A stretch of DNA of 64,000 nt, taken from NCBI GenBank assembly GCA_004431415.1, contig QPMI01000170.1, positions 124,001 through 188,000 on the forward strand. The letters run 5' to 3'. The DNA comes from Cyanophora paradoxa CCMP329. Lineage: Eukaryota; Plantae; Glaucophyta. A program made the translations under genes and the position numbers. The number at the start of each line of letters is the position of its first letter. Position 1 is the stretch's first letter. Below are positions 36,997 to 49,861 of the stretch, piece by piece. Under the pieces are notes generated by a model that worked only from the letters and a program-made list of their open reading frames with translations, was not told where the DNA came from and made no database searches.

Positions 36997-37356
36997 GGTC
37001 GCGCAACCCACGAGATCGCGTACCCCGTTTGTGGCAGAAAGTCTCACGAAATGCGAGCCTCCCGCGCCTCTCGCTCTGATCGAACGCGCAACTGAACAAA
37101 ATCGGGGCTGCAGGTACCCGACGGCAGGCGGCGAGCCTCTGCCCCCTGGAGTCCAGCCGGTCGCGCTGCCGGCGAATGACGGCAGGTGCGCTCGATTTTG
37201 GTCAAAGCCTGCCCGAGCTAGCCGCCTTCCCATCTCTCCTATCGAGCCTGCGGTGTGGCCTTATGACGGCGCGCCGCGCGCTGAGCGCTCTTACGCACGC
37301 AGGAGCTCGAACAATTGTTCTGATGCGCGTTTTCACGCAGCTTCCTCGCTCAGTTC

Positions 37357-39476
37357 ATGGCGATGCAGCGTCAGCAGGCGGCTCAGTCCGGCCCGCCACC
37401 CCCGCCGGACCCGCGAAATCCTCTGAACCGTAGCGCGCCGCCACCGCACGGCGCGCCGCACGGCATGCCGCACGGCGCTCCCTCGTACGGTTTTCCTCAG
37501 CACGGGGCGCCCCAGATTCCACACCCACCGGGAGGCATCCCGCCCCCACCGGGCGGCATCCCGCCCCCACCGGGCGGCATCCCGCCCCCACCGGGCGGCA
37601 TCCCGCCCCCGCCGGGCGGCATCCCGCCCCCGCCGGGCGGCATCCCGCCTCCCCCCGGGGTACGCTTCCCAGGCCTCGCGGTCCCTCCTCCGCCCCCGCC
37701 GGCGGGGTGGCAGCCGCCGGGTGTGGCCCAGAAGCCCTCGGCGTACGAGCAGGCCTTGTATCAGGGCCCCCCCGTGGCGGGCGCCCCTCAGCAACCCGCG
37801 GAGGCCCCGCCTGGGGTGGCCCCGCCAGCCCCGCCGGCGCCGGCGGCGCCGAAGGGGTTCGTTCTCGCCTCGCGGCCCTCTACGTCTTCCTCGGCGGCGC
37901 ACAAGCCGGCGCCGGCCTCGGAGGCGAAGAAGAAGGCCTTCGTCTACAACGAGGACGAGGAGGAGGTGCCCCGCATTTCCTTTCCTTTCCTTCTTCTCCG
38001 CTGACCCCTCGCGGCAGGAGCTCAAGGAGGAGCCCGTGAAGCGGCCGCGCGTTGGCGTCGCGTCGGCCGTGCAGCAGCCGCAGCAAAAGCCGGCGCCGCC
38101 CCCGAGCGTCCCCGCCAAGCTCCCGGGCTCGGGCCTCAAGCCCGTCCTCTTCCAGTCCTCGAACCCCTCCGTCTCCCCGTCGCCGCCAGCGGCGGCCGCA
38201 CCACCGGCGGCGCCGCCCGTGCCGTCCGGCCCGCCGCCGCCGGAGGACGTGGAGATGAGGACGCTGATCGAGCGGGTGGCGGAGTACGCGACGAAGAACG
38301 CGGAGTTCGAGAACATCACGCGGAGCAAGAACAAGGAGAACCCCAAGTTCCGATTCCTCTTCGACGAGGCCTGCCCCGAGGCGAAGTACTACCGCCACCG
38401 CCTCGCCCTCCTCCGCTCCGGCGGCTCCACCTCGTCCCCGCCCGCCCGCCCCGCCGCCTCTGTCGCCTCCGGCTCCTCCGCCTTCTCCACTGGCCCCGCC
38501 TTCGTCCCCGCCCAGTCCTCTTCCACGCCCCCGGACGCCCCATCGAGCTCCAAGTGGGACGCCCCGCCTGCCTCGGCCTCCTCCGGCGCCGCCCCGGCGG
38601 GGCTGGCGCAGGAGGTCGCGGCCGCCGCGGCGCGCGCAGCCGCCGCCGCCGCCGCGCTTGCGAACTCGGAGAACGAGATCCCAGAGGACCCTGTGGCGCG
38701 CATGGAGTATTTCTTCAAGCAGAAGGCGGGCCTTGCGCGCCGAGCGGCGGCTCGTCTCGGTTCTTACGGCGGCGGCAGGTCGCGCGGCACGGCCTCGGGG
38801 ACAACTCGAACGACCCGCCCCCGCCGACGAAGCCCGGCCGCAAGAAGCGGAACTTCAGCGAAGGTCCGCGCGCCCCTCTCGCTTCGCCGTAGCCCGGGCC
38901 CACCCTTGAACGGCGCAGGCCCGCCGCCGGAGGAGAAGGAGAAGAAGGGCCACCATATCGGTAAGGGCCCGCCGGCGCCAGTCCCCAGCCAGGGGGGCGG
39001 CTGAGGCGGCAGCAGGGGACCACCTCCCGCCGGAGGAGCTGGAGGCGTTCCTGGCCAAGTGCCAGGACCCGAACGCCCCCGCAGCGCGCCCCGACGAGAA
39101 GTACAAGCTCGACTCGAGTAACGTCGGACACAAGCTCCTCCAGAAGATGGGCTGGGCCGAGGGCACTGGCCTCGGCGCCGAGCAGCAGGGGATACAGGCG
39201 CCCATACACGCGGGGAGCGTCAGGCTCGACGGGGCCGGCATCGGCGCCGGCGACGCCTCCGAAATTAAAGAGGGCGACGGTCCGTCCTGGTCGCCTCGTC
39301 CGGCATCCCGCCCGCACGCTTACCCAGCCTCAGACATCTACGAGCAGTACAAGAAGAGGATGCAGCTGAGCTACAAGCACCGTGCGCCGCGGCTCTCGCT
39401 CGAACGCACGCCCGCCCCGCTTACTCCGCCTGCAGGGCCTAATCCGTTTAACAACCCTCGAAAATCGTACTACTAG
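37357..39476 (+). CDS. SUGP1: SURP and G-patch domain splicing factor
   Basis: SURP LIERVAEYATKNAEFE...NPKFRFLFD; GHHIGDHLPPEELEAFL; G-patch SNVGHKLLQKMGWAEGTGLG; C-terminal YEQYKKRM..SYKHRPNPFNNPRKSYY. Confidence 0.92.
37531..37656 (+). repeat. Coding minisatellite, 21 bp x6 (GGIPPPP)
   Basis: GG(C/A)GGCATCCCGCCCCC(A/G)CCG repeated six times in the SUGP1 N-terminus. Confidence 0.9.
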
Positions 39477-39705
39477 AGTATAAGCGTTGTACAAAGCTGA
39501 TTATGAGCCCGCAATGCACGCTCCAGCCCGACGTCCAATTTATCGGGCCCGCGCCACACTAGCCCGCTGCCCTGCACTCAAGCCCATTGGTATTGCGGCC
39601 ATACGGGAAAGAAAGGCATCCGCGTGAGATTCGGGGGCAACAAGTCGCACGAACACACTCCATCTCGAAAAGAAAGAGAGCGCCGAGAACCGGCTCGGAG
39701 TCTGT

Positions 39706-40462
39706 TTAAGACTCGGCAAGGTCACGAAGGCGGCGGATCGTGGAGCGGACGGTCGCGGCCGCGGCGGTGCTGCGCGGTAAACAGCGATAAGCGGTTGGCC
39801 GGGGCGGCAGCTGACGGGCAGGGCAGGGCGGAATGGCGATCGGAACGGTGTGTGGCTCGGACACGGCGGGGAGCACGGCTGCTAGACTTAGCTATTGCAT
39901 CAACATGGGAGCTACTCACTTCATGGTCCACGCGCCACCAGCGACGGTCTTGCAGCACGACTTGCACTTCCAGATGCCGACCGCAGCGCGCTTCACGGAG
40001 TCCTAAAGAGGCGAACGAGGTAGCAAGTGAGCATCGGGTGCTACCCGCCGAATGCACGCCCCGGCGGGCCGCTGAACATGGCTGCCTCTCGCATCGCGCC
40101 GAGACCGCACCTTGCCGCAGAACGCGCAGGTGTACTTCGCGTGCTGGGTGATTTCCATCTTCTTGATCTGCTTACGCAGAGAAGCACCATAGCGAGTGGC
40201 GTACTTGCCGACGACGCCGGCCTGTCGGGGCTGTCAGCTGCTGAGGGCGGCTGCCATGCGGGTGGCGCTCGCCTTCTTCGTGCGCTTGCCCTGAGAGCCG
40301 CCGCGGGTGGAAGCAAAGCGGGGACGGGCGAAAGTCAGAGCAGGCTAAGCAGAGGCGAAGGCGGGACACGCGATCGAGGCGTCGCCGGTCGCCAACTAGG
40401 GACCTCTACAGCTACTGATGTACAAGCTAAACTCCCGCGTGCCGCAGGGGCCGACGTACCAT
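39706..40462 (-). CDS. RPL37A: 60S ribosomal protein eL43
   Basis: M|GKRTKK|[37 protein letters not shown]|[22 protein letters not shown]...[10 protein letters not shown]; first coding exon is the ATG only. Confidence 0.97.
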
Positions 40463-40716
40463 GACTGCTGTTGATCGCCCCGCGGAATGACCCTACCCCC
40501 GGCTCGCTCCCCCCTCCTCACCAGCGGGTACCGCGTCGAGCAAGTTTGAAGCTTTCCCGCGCCAGCAGCAGGCCCCGGAGCGCACGGATCGCCGCACGGA
40601 ACATCACCATCGCATCAGCTGCCTCTCAGCGACTGCACCGCTCATTTAGACGAGGTGCGCGTTCCCGCGGTCGAGCGCAAGGCGCGCGGGAAGGCGTGCC
40701 GACGCGCCGAGCGCAG

Positions 40717-41141
40717 ATGGGTCCCTCAGATGATGTGCCGCACCCCCGCATCAACGGGGGAATGGTTCGGAGCATGGCAGGGAAGCCGGGCAAGGCCATC
40801 CTCGTCGGCCGCGTTCTCGGCACAAGCGGGGCAACAGTAACGATCGAGGCGAGCGATGGCGCGGAGGTCATCGTCGCGCCGCGCGCACAATCGGCCGGCC
40901 TGTACAACCCTGGCAGTGTTCTCGAGGTGACTGGGACGGTGAACGCCACCGGCGTCGTTCAGGAGACGGAGCAACCCGTCGATCTCGGCGCCAACTTCGG
41001 TGCGGCCCGCTTGCGCACACCCCCTCACTCTCGCCGCGGGAATAAGGAACGCTCAATCGCGGTGCCGGCGCAGATTTGAAGCGCTACAACCAACTAGTTG
41101 GATTTGCAAACAACCAGTACGCAGGTCTTTTCAAGGTGTAG
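40717..41141 (+). CDS. RPA3: Replication protein A 14 kDa subunit
   Basis: PRINGGMV...LVGRV...IEASDGAEVIV...LEVTGTV...LGANF|DLKRYNQLV. Confidence 0.85.
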
Positions 41142-41266
41142 CTAGAGCAGAGGCGTGTGTGTACAGTCTACAGGTTCAAATGCGCATGCAGCTTTCGTCC
41201 AGGGTTCCGGACAAATGCATGCCCCAGCCTGCAGCCCGTGCGCGGTCTTTCTCGCGGCCTCGCGTT

Positions 41267-43447
41267 CTATCTCAGGCGTGTGGTGAGGTCCTTGACTTGA
41301 AATACCATTTTGCACAAACGATAGAACGGGCTGGCGCTAGCTTGCGGGACAGGAACTGGCGCGCGGGTAAAGGCGTCGAGGGCAGTCGTATTGCCGCCAC
41401 TTGCGCAAGCTCCACGGGTTCGCCGACTCGATCGGCTGCTGCTTGTCCCGGATGGCGGCCAGCCGCTTCTGAAATCGCTCCCAGTTGTTGTCCTTCGCAT
41501 ACCCTGCGGATCGCTCGAAAGGAGTGCATCGCGAAGGAGGTACCGCGACACGCACGCTGCCACATGGGTCCGCTCGAGAAGATCCTGTGCTGGATCTGCG
41601 CAGGCGTCAGCGGCTAGCGCGGTCGAAGACGGGCGTGCGCCGCACGTTCTCGACGATGCTCTGCCCGTCAATCCAGAGGTCTGGGGGGCGTGGCGTGAGC
41701 GCTGCGGGGCCATCGAAGCGACTGCAGCCGATGATCGACACGGACCGTAGCCGATGAGCTCGGCGCGAAGGCGGACATCGATCTGCAGGCGGGGCGCAGA
41801 GTCAGAGAAGGGCCGGCTCGGGGCGAGTTCGCGGCGGCGGCGGCGGCGGCGGCGGGCCTCGTGGCAGTCGTCGCCGACGTCGAGGAACTCGTCGAGGCCG
41901 TTCAGCGCCTCGTACGCGCTCCACGGCGCCGACGCGAAGCTGCCGCGCGAGGCCTCAGCCGCGGGCGGGGACGCGGTGCCGCGGGGCCCGGGGGGACCTC
42001 ATCTCCCAGAAGGTGTCGGGCCCCGGCTGTTTCTCGAAGCCGGGCTTCCGGTTGATCACCTCCTGCGGCCTGCACCGGCACCAGCGTCAGTGATGTAAAG
42101 AGGCCTAGCGAGCCGGCGCACCGGAAGAAGAACGGCGACCACTTGCCGCCGATCACGGAGGGAGGCTGCTTGACCTCCTCCTGCGCACCCGGCATCAGGA
42201 CGACGCCCTGACGATTCTGCGCTACCCCGGGCCAAGGAACGAGCCTTGAAGATCAGGAGGGAGCGGAAATCGCCCATCGCCTCCTCGTCAATGATCGACT
42301 TGATGTCATTGTGCCCGTAAACTGCATCCAGATAAGGGAGGGCGGTGGGAGGGAGAAGGGTGGGGTAGGGGGAAGGGAGGAGGGGGAGGGGGGGGGGGAG
42401 GGGGGGAGGGGGGCGGACATATTTCGGGATACGCGAGGAAGGACTTCGGATGCTCCCGGTAGAACTCGATCGTCCGCTCGACGAAGCTAGAGGGTGGAGA
42501 TCAGGGGAAATCTGGGTACAGCAGAGAGAGGCATGTCTTACCGCGGGGGTACCCAGGAGAAGTCCATCAGGATGGTGACAATTTCCCCCGAGATGAGGAG
42601 CAGCCTGCGCCGCCATCAGGCCCCGTGTCGCTTCTCAATTCCGCGTCAAGGGAGGGTTACCCCGTGTTGAGCGCCTTGTATATACCGAACTTGGTGCCCT
42701 TTAACTCGACGGACTGCAGGAGTCTCAACTTTTGGCAAGGGAGCGCGGCGGGCGGGCTCGTAAGAGAGGACGTGAACTGGCCTTGGGTCGGCTGGGGATG
42801 ACGCCTAGGCAGGGTATTCCCTTTTCCTTGGCCATCTCCATAACCGCCGTACCCCGGTAGGCCGCCAGCTCGTCCACGCTGATGTGGGATTGAGGGGGGT
42901 CGACGGCAGATGAGGGCGGGAGCCGCACATGACAATCTCGTAATCCTGTGAAGTCTGTGCCGCGAGCGAGTTGAACAAGACGTCGTATCCACCGGGCCGC
43001 TTTGTCACGAATACCTGCGCACGCGTGAGTCCTTAGCTCCGCCTGTTGCTCGCTTGCGGGCTCTCCGCGACAGCGGACAATTGAGAGGATGGGTTTCCTG
43101 CACGGCGGCTCGTAGCTAACGTCAATGAATAGCGGGACCGATGTGCAGTACTGCGTGGCCTCATCGTCATCTGCCCTCTTCGCTAGAAGCTGCGTGCTCC
43201 CCGCTTCGAGCTTGCTTGCGTCGACCAGGCTGGGCTGGGCTTGCTTGCTCTTCCGCGTAATGCTCTTCACAACCGGGACATCCACGAAAAACTGGCTCAG
43301 AATCACCAATAGGATAACCTTCGGACGAGGAGAGTCAGCGAGAGCGCAGACCAAGCCGCATCGGGCGCGCACCGCGCCTCCGGCCGCAACGGCGATGCGC
43401 CGCGAGCTGCGCTTCAACCGGCGCTGCAGCCGCCGCAGCGCGAGCAT
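41267..43447 (-). CDS. Type II membrane GT-A fold (GT2-like) glycosyltransferase
   Basis: Basic N-terminus plus TM (VILLVILSQFFV); LSIV..VTKRPGGYDVLFNSLAAQTSQDYEIV..VDE; YKALNTG; NGLDEFLDVGDDCHE. Confidence 0.65.
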
Positions 43448-43826
43448 CCCTTAAAAGCGCGCCTCCTTTCCGCCGCGCCGCCCGTTTGAGCTTATGAGTT
43501 CGAGCGGTTGTCTTCGTGCGCGACGCGCTACGCGTGGGTGGCAGGCCGCGGGCGGCGGGCGGCGGGCCGCGGGCGGCGGGCCGCGGGCCAAGACTGGGGG
43601 TATCGCTGCTGGATCAAATCGCGGCGGCGAGCCGAACTCTCTTGCATTAGCACACAACACAACTACAATGAGTTTCACATCGCCCAATAAATCTCTCCGA
43701 CTAGATATTATCGAGGACCGTGCGGCGGCGAGCCGTATCCCGGCTTAAGCTCGGCCGCCTCGGCGAAGCACGAAGCACAAAAGCACAAAGCTCAGCGAAG
43801 AACGAAGCACAGCAAGAGGGTCGGCG

Positions 43827-45627
43827 ATGAAGGTGGCCGACGGTGCGGGGATGCGAAAGCGGGCAATTGCAAAGGGCGCCAGCTGCCTCCACGAGAGCGC
43901 ATCCCGGGATTCAGCTCAAACCGAGTATGAGGCGAAGGACCTTGCCGCTCGAGCGTCGAGCTCAGCGTCGAACCCCTCCACCCGAGCGGCGCCGCACGTC
44001 CAGCGCGAAGAGGCGTTCGATGGCCTGCGAGGAGTGTGCGTGTTATGCCACGCTCGCGCGCGTCTGCTCGACTGCGCCCTGCCTGCCTCACTTGGGCGCT
44101 GCCTGCCTGCCTGCCTGCCTGACTGTGCCACTCGTCTATCGGTTTAACTCTTGGATCCTGCAGCGCGGTACTCTTGGTTGCATGGAGTCACACAAGCCCG
44201 TGGTTGATCAACTATTATCAGGTGCATGCGCATGCGTCGAGCGCAATCAAATCGCTACTAAGCCGGCCGGGCCCCCGTGCTGCTGACTTTCACTCTGTAG
44301 GGAATGCACGACCTCCGCTACTACGGCCTCTTCACGGTAAATTCTGATAGGGGAGGGGTCCGCTGCGGGCGAAGCTTTTAAGCCGAACATGTTGATATAT
44401 AGCGCCGGCGGCCGCCTTGATTGACGCCTGCCCAGTTTTTCGTACTCAGCATCTTTCTGCTTGTCAAGAAGTGTCTTCAACTCCCACGCTCGCTGGCGCT
44501 CTCCCTCTCTTGGTGGCTCCGATTCAGTCTCAAAAGATTTGCCCGCGTTCTGCCCCTTTACTACGCCATCATTTTCTGCATCTCTAAGAACGAGTTTCTC
44601 AACGAGAGCTTCTCCGGCCTTGTCGGTGGGCCTCTCCGACCCCTCCAAAATCTCTTTCCGACCCCGACCGGCCTGAGCCGCGGCGTCGCCCAGGCTGGAC
44701 GGAGGACTACTACCTCCTGCGTAAGCCTGTGCACGTTTTTTGGACGATCCCGATGGAGCTGGAGGCGTACCTCATCGTACCCCTAGCGGCCGTACCCGTG
44801 CAGCTCGCACCTCGCGCGGCGCCCCTCGTCTCCCTCGCTCTAGCCGCCGCCGGCTACGGCGCCTGGCAGCGGTACCCCCTCTCGACCTACCCAGACTGGT
44901 GCCTGCATCTGTCGTCCCCCGCGAGCCTCATCCTGCTCCTTATTGCCCGCGCAGGTATGCCCACATCTGGCCGTACAGCCCCGTGTTTCTGTGGGCCGCG
45001 TCAGCGGCGGTTCTAGGCAACTACCTGGCTCGAGGGCCCCTGGCCAAGCAGGGCCCGCAGGCGGGCCGGGTGGGCTGCATCGCGTGCGCCGTCGCCCGGT
45101 GGTTCATGGACCTGGCGTGCTTCGGCCTGGTGGTACTGGCGATTTGGACGAAGCACACCCTGGACCCGCAGCCCGACCGCCGCGTGGTCACTGCCGGTGA
45201 GCTACACTTCTCAGCACTAGACTCCATGTGCATCAGCTGAATTCGGCCAGGCCTTCTCATCGTAATGCTCGTTCTATGCCTTTCACTGAGCCCCGGCCTC
45301 CGCTTCTCCCGGCTACTCTCTTGGTCCCTCCTTGTCTTTCTGGGGAGGATCTCCTACACCTTCTACCTCCTTCACGTCGTTGCCCGGTGACTGCTTCCTT
45401 GTTCCCCCCCCCCCCCCCCCTTCCCCTCTCCTTCCAATCTGCCCGTCCTCATCGAAGCGCGCGCATGCAGGCACGTCGTCAACTATGGTTACTTTGCCTT
45501 TCTCACCAATAAGCAACCGGTGGAGTTCGCAATGCTGTACTTCCTGGTTTCGGGGGCCCTCGGCGCCCTCGCACACTTCCTCGTGGAATGGCCACTCACT
45601 CTCGTGACCAATTACCTCCTTCCCTAG
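43827..45627 (+). CDS. Acyltransferase family 3 (OafA-like) membrane O-acyltransferase
   Basis: FDGLRG, FFVLSIFLL, KRFARVLPLYY, HVFWTIPMELEAYLIVP, LGRISYTFYLLH, VEWP. Confidence 0.85.
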
Positions 45628-46020
45628 CTATAGCCCAACAGGGCACGTGCATCAAAGTCGTAGCATCCCGATTGCCCTACTGTCCATCTCAGGCCCGGCA
45701 TCGCAGATCGAAGTAAGAGCCAACTTTACAGAGTAACACGTGCGGGAATGTACAGGGCTACGCTATAAATGTAGCGAGGGAACTCGCTGGTAGATCTACA
45801 ATAAGCAAATAGAAACGAAAGAATCTACAAGGACGCCTACCGGACGAAAGTCTATAGAAAGCCTAACGACACTCGGGTTGGGGCAAAATTTTGTACGTAG
45901 AAATGCGCATACCAAGCACAAGAGATGGCCGGCATTCGCCCCCGAGCAACATGCATCCAGCAGGCTACGGTCATGACCGACAGATCATCCCAGCCAGAGG
46001 AAGCGGTGTTGCCAAGGATG

Positions 46021-47147
46021 CTAATCGTCCTGTGATCGCATCATTAGCGGGTGAAGCGAATACTGGATACGCGTTGGGCCCACCATCTCTTCGACGCTCA
46101 TATAGCCGCCCTCTTTCACGTCGTCGGCGCCGTCATCCTCGCTCATACGCTCGCCGTCCTCGTCCTCGGTCGACTCTTCGGCGTCCGAGTTCGGCGCAAG
46201 CTTGCTGCAAGTTCGAAACGCGCTATCAGCTATCTGAAAAGGACAAGAGAGCGCGCGGAACACTCGTGGATTGCTAGAAACACAACTAAGCCGCAGACGC
46301 CTCGCTGCGAGCGCGCGAACCTCTTGCTTGTGCAAGTGAAGAATATGACCTTCCTCTTCCGCTTGTTGTAGAAGAAGTAGTTGAAGGACCACCTGCGCGG
46401 ACCTGGTCAGGCACGCACGCGGGCATTCAAATCGGCACCTGCGCACAATTTGCCCTCGGAGAGCGGGTCCGAGTCGAGGTCCGGCAAGTAGCTGTATATA
46501 GAGCATTCGTCCGGCTGGATGACTTCAAAGATGGCCGCCCACAGGCGCTCACAAAGGCCGCTCCCATTGCGGTCAAAGGCCTCGGCCAGGCTCGCGTTCA
46601 CGTGGTTGATGACCATCCGGAGGTCAGGTTCCTTCGTGAATTGCTCCGGCTTGACATTCCTGCGCCCCGGTCAGCACGGCCGTTCCGCGCAAAAACTGGA
46701 GGGGCGGCCAACACGACGCACGAGAAGTCGTAGTCCGGGAAGCTCGCGTTCAGGGTCGCGATAAGGTTGATAAGAACCTTCCTGTGATTCAAGGGGTCAG
46801 TTTCGCAGCGCGCGGATGAGGAAGATTCGCACCGATTCGCGGCATCCGTGAGGCTGCCAAGCGGAGAAACCAGGAGAGGCTCCGGGCTCGTTGCCAGCTC
46901 GGATTCAATCTTCGATTCAATCTTCGCAGCGAGCTGCTTCTCTCCGCTGGCCTGTTTGCCTGCGGAGCGGTTCCAAATAAACGAGCAATCAGCACCGGGC
47001 TCCGGAACCGGCGGAACACGAGGGGCAGCAAGCTAAGAATCACGCACAACTGTACACTTCCAGCCGGCCAGTAAGCCTGCTGTCGACCAGGTTCGCCCGG
47101 AGCTCTGAGTTCAACGCCGAAAGCGTTGGGTCGTCAATCCACCTCAT
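46021..47147 (-). CDS. MAF1: Repressor of RNA polymerase III transcription
   Basis: GRLEVYSCK, LINLIATLNASFPDYDFS, LWAAIFEVI..DECSIYSY.PD..SDP, WSFNYFFYNKRKRKV, acidic tail. Confidence 0.95.
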
Positions 47148-47399
47148 GTTGGGTCCTTTTGCTGCTCACAACTCTATCCTGTCGATCATAAAAGCTGTGG
47201 GAGCTGGCGAGGCTGAGTTGCGGTTGTTGATTCTCTGACGATGGGGGGTACAGCCACTCTGGGTTCTTGGAGGCGCGCGCTGCCAGTCGAGGGTTGCAGG
47301 CTCGAGCTCCACACGCGTACGTACACGCTGCCCCAGCTGCAGTAGGATAGCTATATAACAACAACTTGTTATATATAGCAACAACTTGTACGAAGTACT

Positions 47400-49509
47400 A
47401 TCAACAGAAAGCGGCTCGAGCTTCGACGCGCGCCGCTAGGCCTGCGCTCCCTCGGGTCCCCCGCCGCTCTCCGACGCCGCGTCTGGCCGAAGGAAGTGCA
47501 CCGCGGTGTCGGGCATGGCCTGCGCAGGTCATAGAGCTCAGGGGCGGGAAGCTGGGGCTGAAGCGCAGGGAGGGTCGAGGGCACGGCGCGGATGAGCTCC
47601 TGCTCGATGCGCGCGAGGCCCGTCGACCCGGCGCCGTCCAGAATGAGCTCCTGGCGGGCGGCGTGAGGCTCAGATGGGGAAAAGAGGCGGGTGTGCATGC
47701 GCCTGGAGGAAGGCGCCGAGCGCGTCAAATGCTTCGAGGCAGGCGGGGACGTCGAGCGGGCCCTCGAGCTTCAGGCGCCGCAGCGAGGGCACCTCCGCAG
47801 CCAGCCGCGCCAGCAGCGCGGGGGGCGCCCCCTGCCCCGCCCCCCGTCAGCACGCACGCCGGCGGGGACCGCGCCCGGGGGCGGGGGCGGGCCTGGGCGC
47901 CGGTCTCGAGGGAGAGCTCGCGGAGGCGGGCGAGGCCGCCGAGCGGGTGCTCGGCCAGCTGGGCGGCCCAGTCCGCCTCGGCGCCCCACGCGAGGAGGCG
48001 CAGGCACTGCGCGCCCGTCAGGCGGGGCGTCGGCCGGCGTCCAGAGCGCGGGCGGGCCTCGAGGTTCGCAAGGGAGGGGATGGCGGCAACTACCGAGTCG
48101 TGGTCCGGGCCCCCGTCGAACTGGATCTCCTGGGGGCGAGGTGAGGGCCGTGCCGGGGGCGGTTGCGCGACAGGCTCTGACCAGGCAGCGGAGGGTGGGG
48201 CGAAGGGCGGCGAGCGGGGCGGCGTCGAGTTGCACGTCGAGTGTGCAAAGACTGCGGCCCGTGCGTGCCGTGAGCCGGTCCCGCCCGCGGGCGTGCGGCG
48301 TCGGCCTGGCGGGGAGGGGCGTGGCGGGGAGGCACCTGAGCTTCTCGAGGCGGGTGAGGGAGTGCAGGAAGCGGAGGCTGCCGAAGGTGGCCCCCATGTC
48401 GAGGTCCCGCAGCGCCGTCAGCGCCTCCAGCGGCGCCACGTCCCACTCCCGCGCCGGCGGCCACACCGAGTCCCCGTCCTCCCCCCGGAAGAAGAACGCC
48501 TGCCGGCCTCTTATTGGGCGCGGCGGGGTGCGCGTGGTGGCAATCGAGCACCAGGCTCTCGAGGCGGGTCAGGGCGGCGACGGCCTGCACGGCGGGCCTG
48601 ATGGACTCGCCCTCCGCGGTGTAGGATGAGACGGTGAGCGCGGTGAGGTGCTCCGCGGCGCACGCCGAGAGCGCCCGCAGCTGCGCGCTGGAGAGGGAGA
48701 TATTGTCGAGCTGCAGCGTCCTGATCCGCGTGCTCTTGAGGAGCAGGGACAGGGCCGCTTGACACGCGGGGAAGATGAAGTGCAGAGAGAATTCATCGGA
48801 CACCTTGGCTTCTTTAGAAACGGAAAGATTCGGACGCATAATACGCAAAGCTAAAACACCTGCAGGGCCAGCGACTGGAGCGCCTCGAACTTCCTCAGGA
48901 GCGGAAGCGCGCCGACGGGGACTTCGTTGAGCAGTTCTCCCCGAAACTGCTCGACGTTAGTCAGTTGACGCACCTGCGGGACGCCACGCGCACCTCGATC
49001 CGCAGCTTCCGGAGCCCGCAGCGCAGCGGAGTCTTATACAGCGTGTGCACATCCTCGTACACGAGAGATGCGTCGGTGAGAAGCAGTGATCGTACGTTTT
49101 TCAAAGCTGAGGGCGGGGCCGCCGCCAGCGCCGCGATGTCGCTCGAGCTCGCCCGCTGGACCGCCAGCGACTCCCAGAGCGTCGGGTGCGTGAACCCGAC
49201 GCGGCGGAACCGCCTGCAGACCCGAGCCAGCCTCAGGACGCAAATAGGTTCCACCTCGCGCAGCGCCGGGACGTCTGGCCTCGCGCAGGGTCACGCGGGT
49301 GCTCTTAACGGCATGCGCAGCTAGTCGGGGCGCTGACCCGCTGGGGAAGGAAACTGCGGGCACGGCGGCGGTTCCAGCAGCTGCTCAGGCCGCCGCTCGG
49401 ACGCCATGCGGAGGATCAGGGCCATGAGGTCGTCCGGAACAGAGTCGAACGCGCCGGCAGGCTCGGCAACGCGGCCGAGCTTCCCACACACGACGCTGGA
49501 GCGCGGCAT
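47400..49509 (-). CDS. F-box/LRR-like protein (3' end approximate)
   Basis: F-box FDSVPDDLMALILR...LRLARVCRRFRRV..HPTLWESL; LRR-like units (IRTLQLDNI, LTRLESLVL, LTALRDLDM). Confidence 0.7.
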
Positions 49510-49861
49510 TGAGTCTGGAAGGCCAGCTGTGCTGGTGCGCTCGATGGCAGCCCAACTTCTCGTACCCACTACGCTGGCCGCCCGTACCCCCCACCACCAA
49601 AGACCCTTTATACGAAACCAGCAGACATGGCTCCGAACCCTTGTAAGCCTTGTAACCGCTACTCCGCCTCCACCACCTCCGCCTCCGTCATGTCCTCCTC
49701 CGCCGCCATCACAACCATGCAGCTCGCCGGACCATGCGTCGTCGGCCCGGGGGCGCCGTAACCCTACTAGATAGCAAGCTTCTAGCCTCGCGCGCTCCCG
49801 CGCGCAAGTTCCCTCCGGCCCGGCGGTCGCGCGGCCACCTGACACGACCACTTCCAAGAAC

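Noticed and set aside
39773-39919. Longer RPL37A intron as a possible snoRNA host
   Set aside because: No convincing C/D or H/ACA boxes seen
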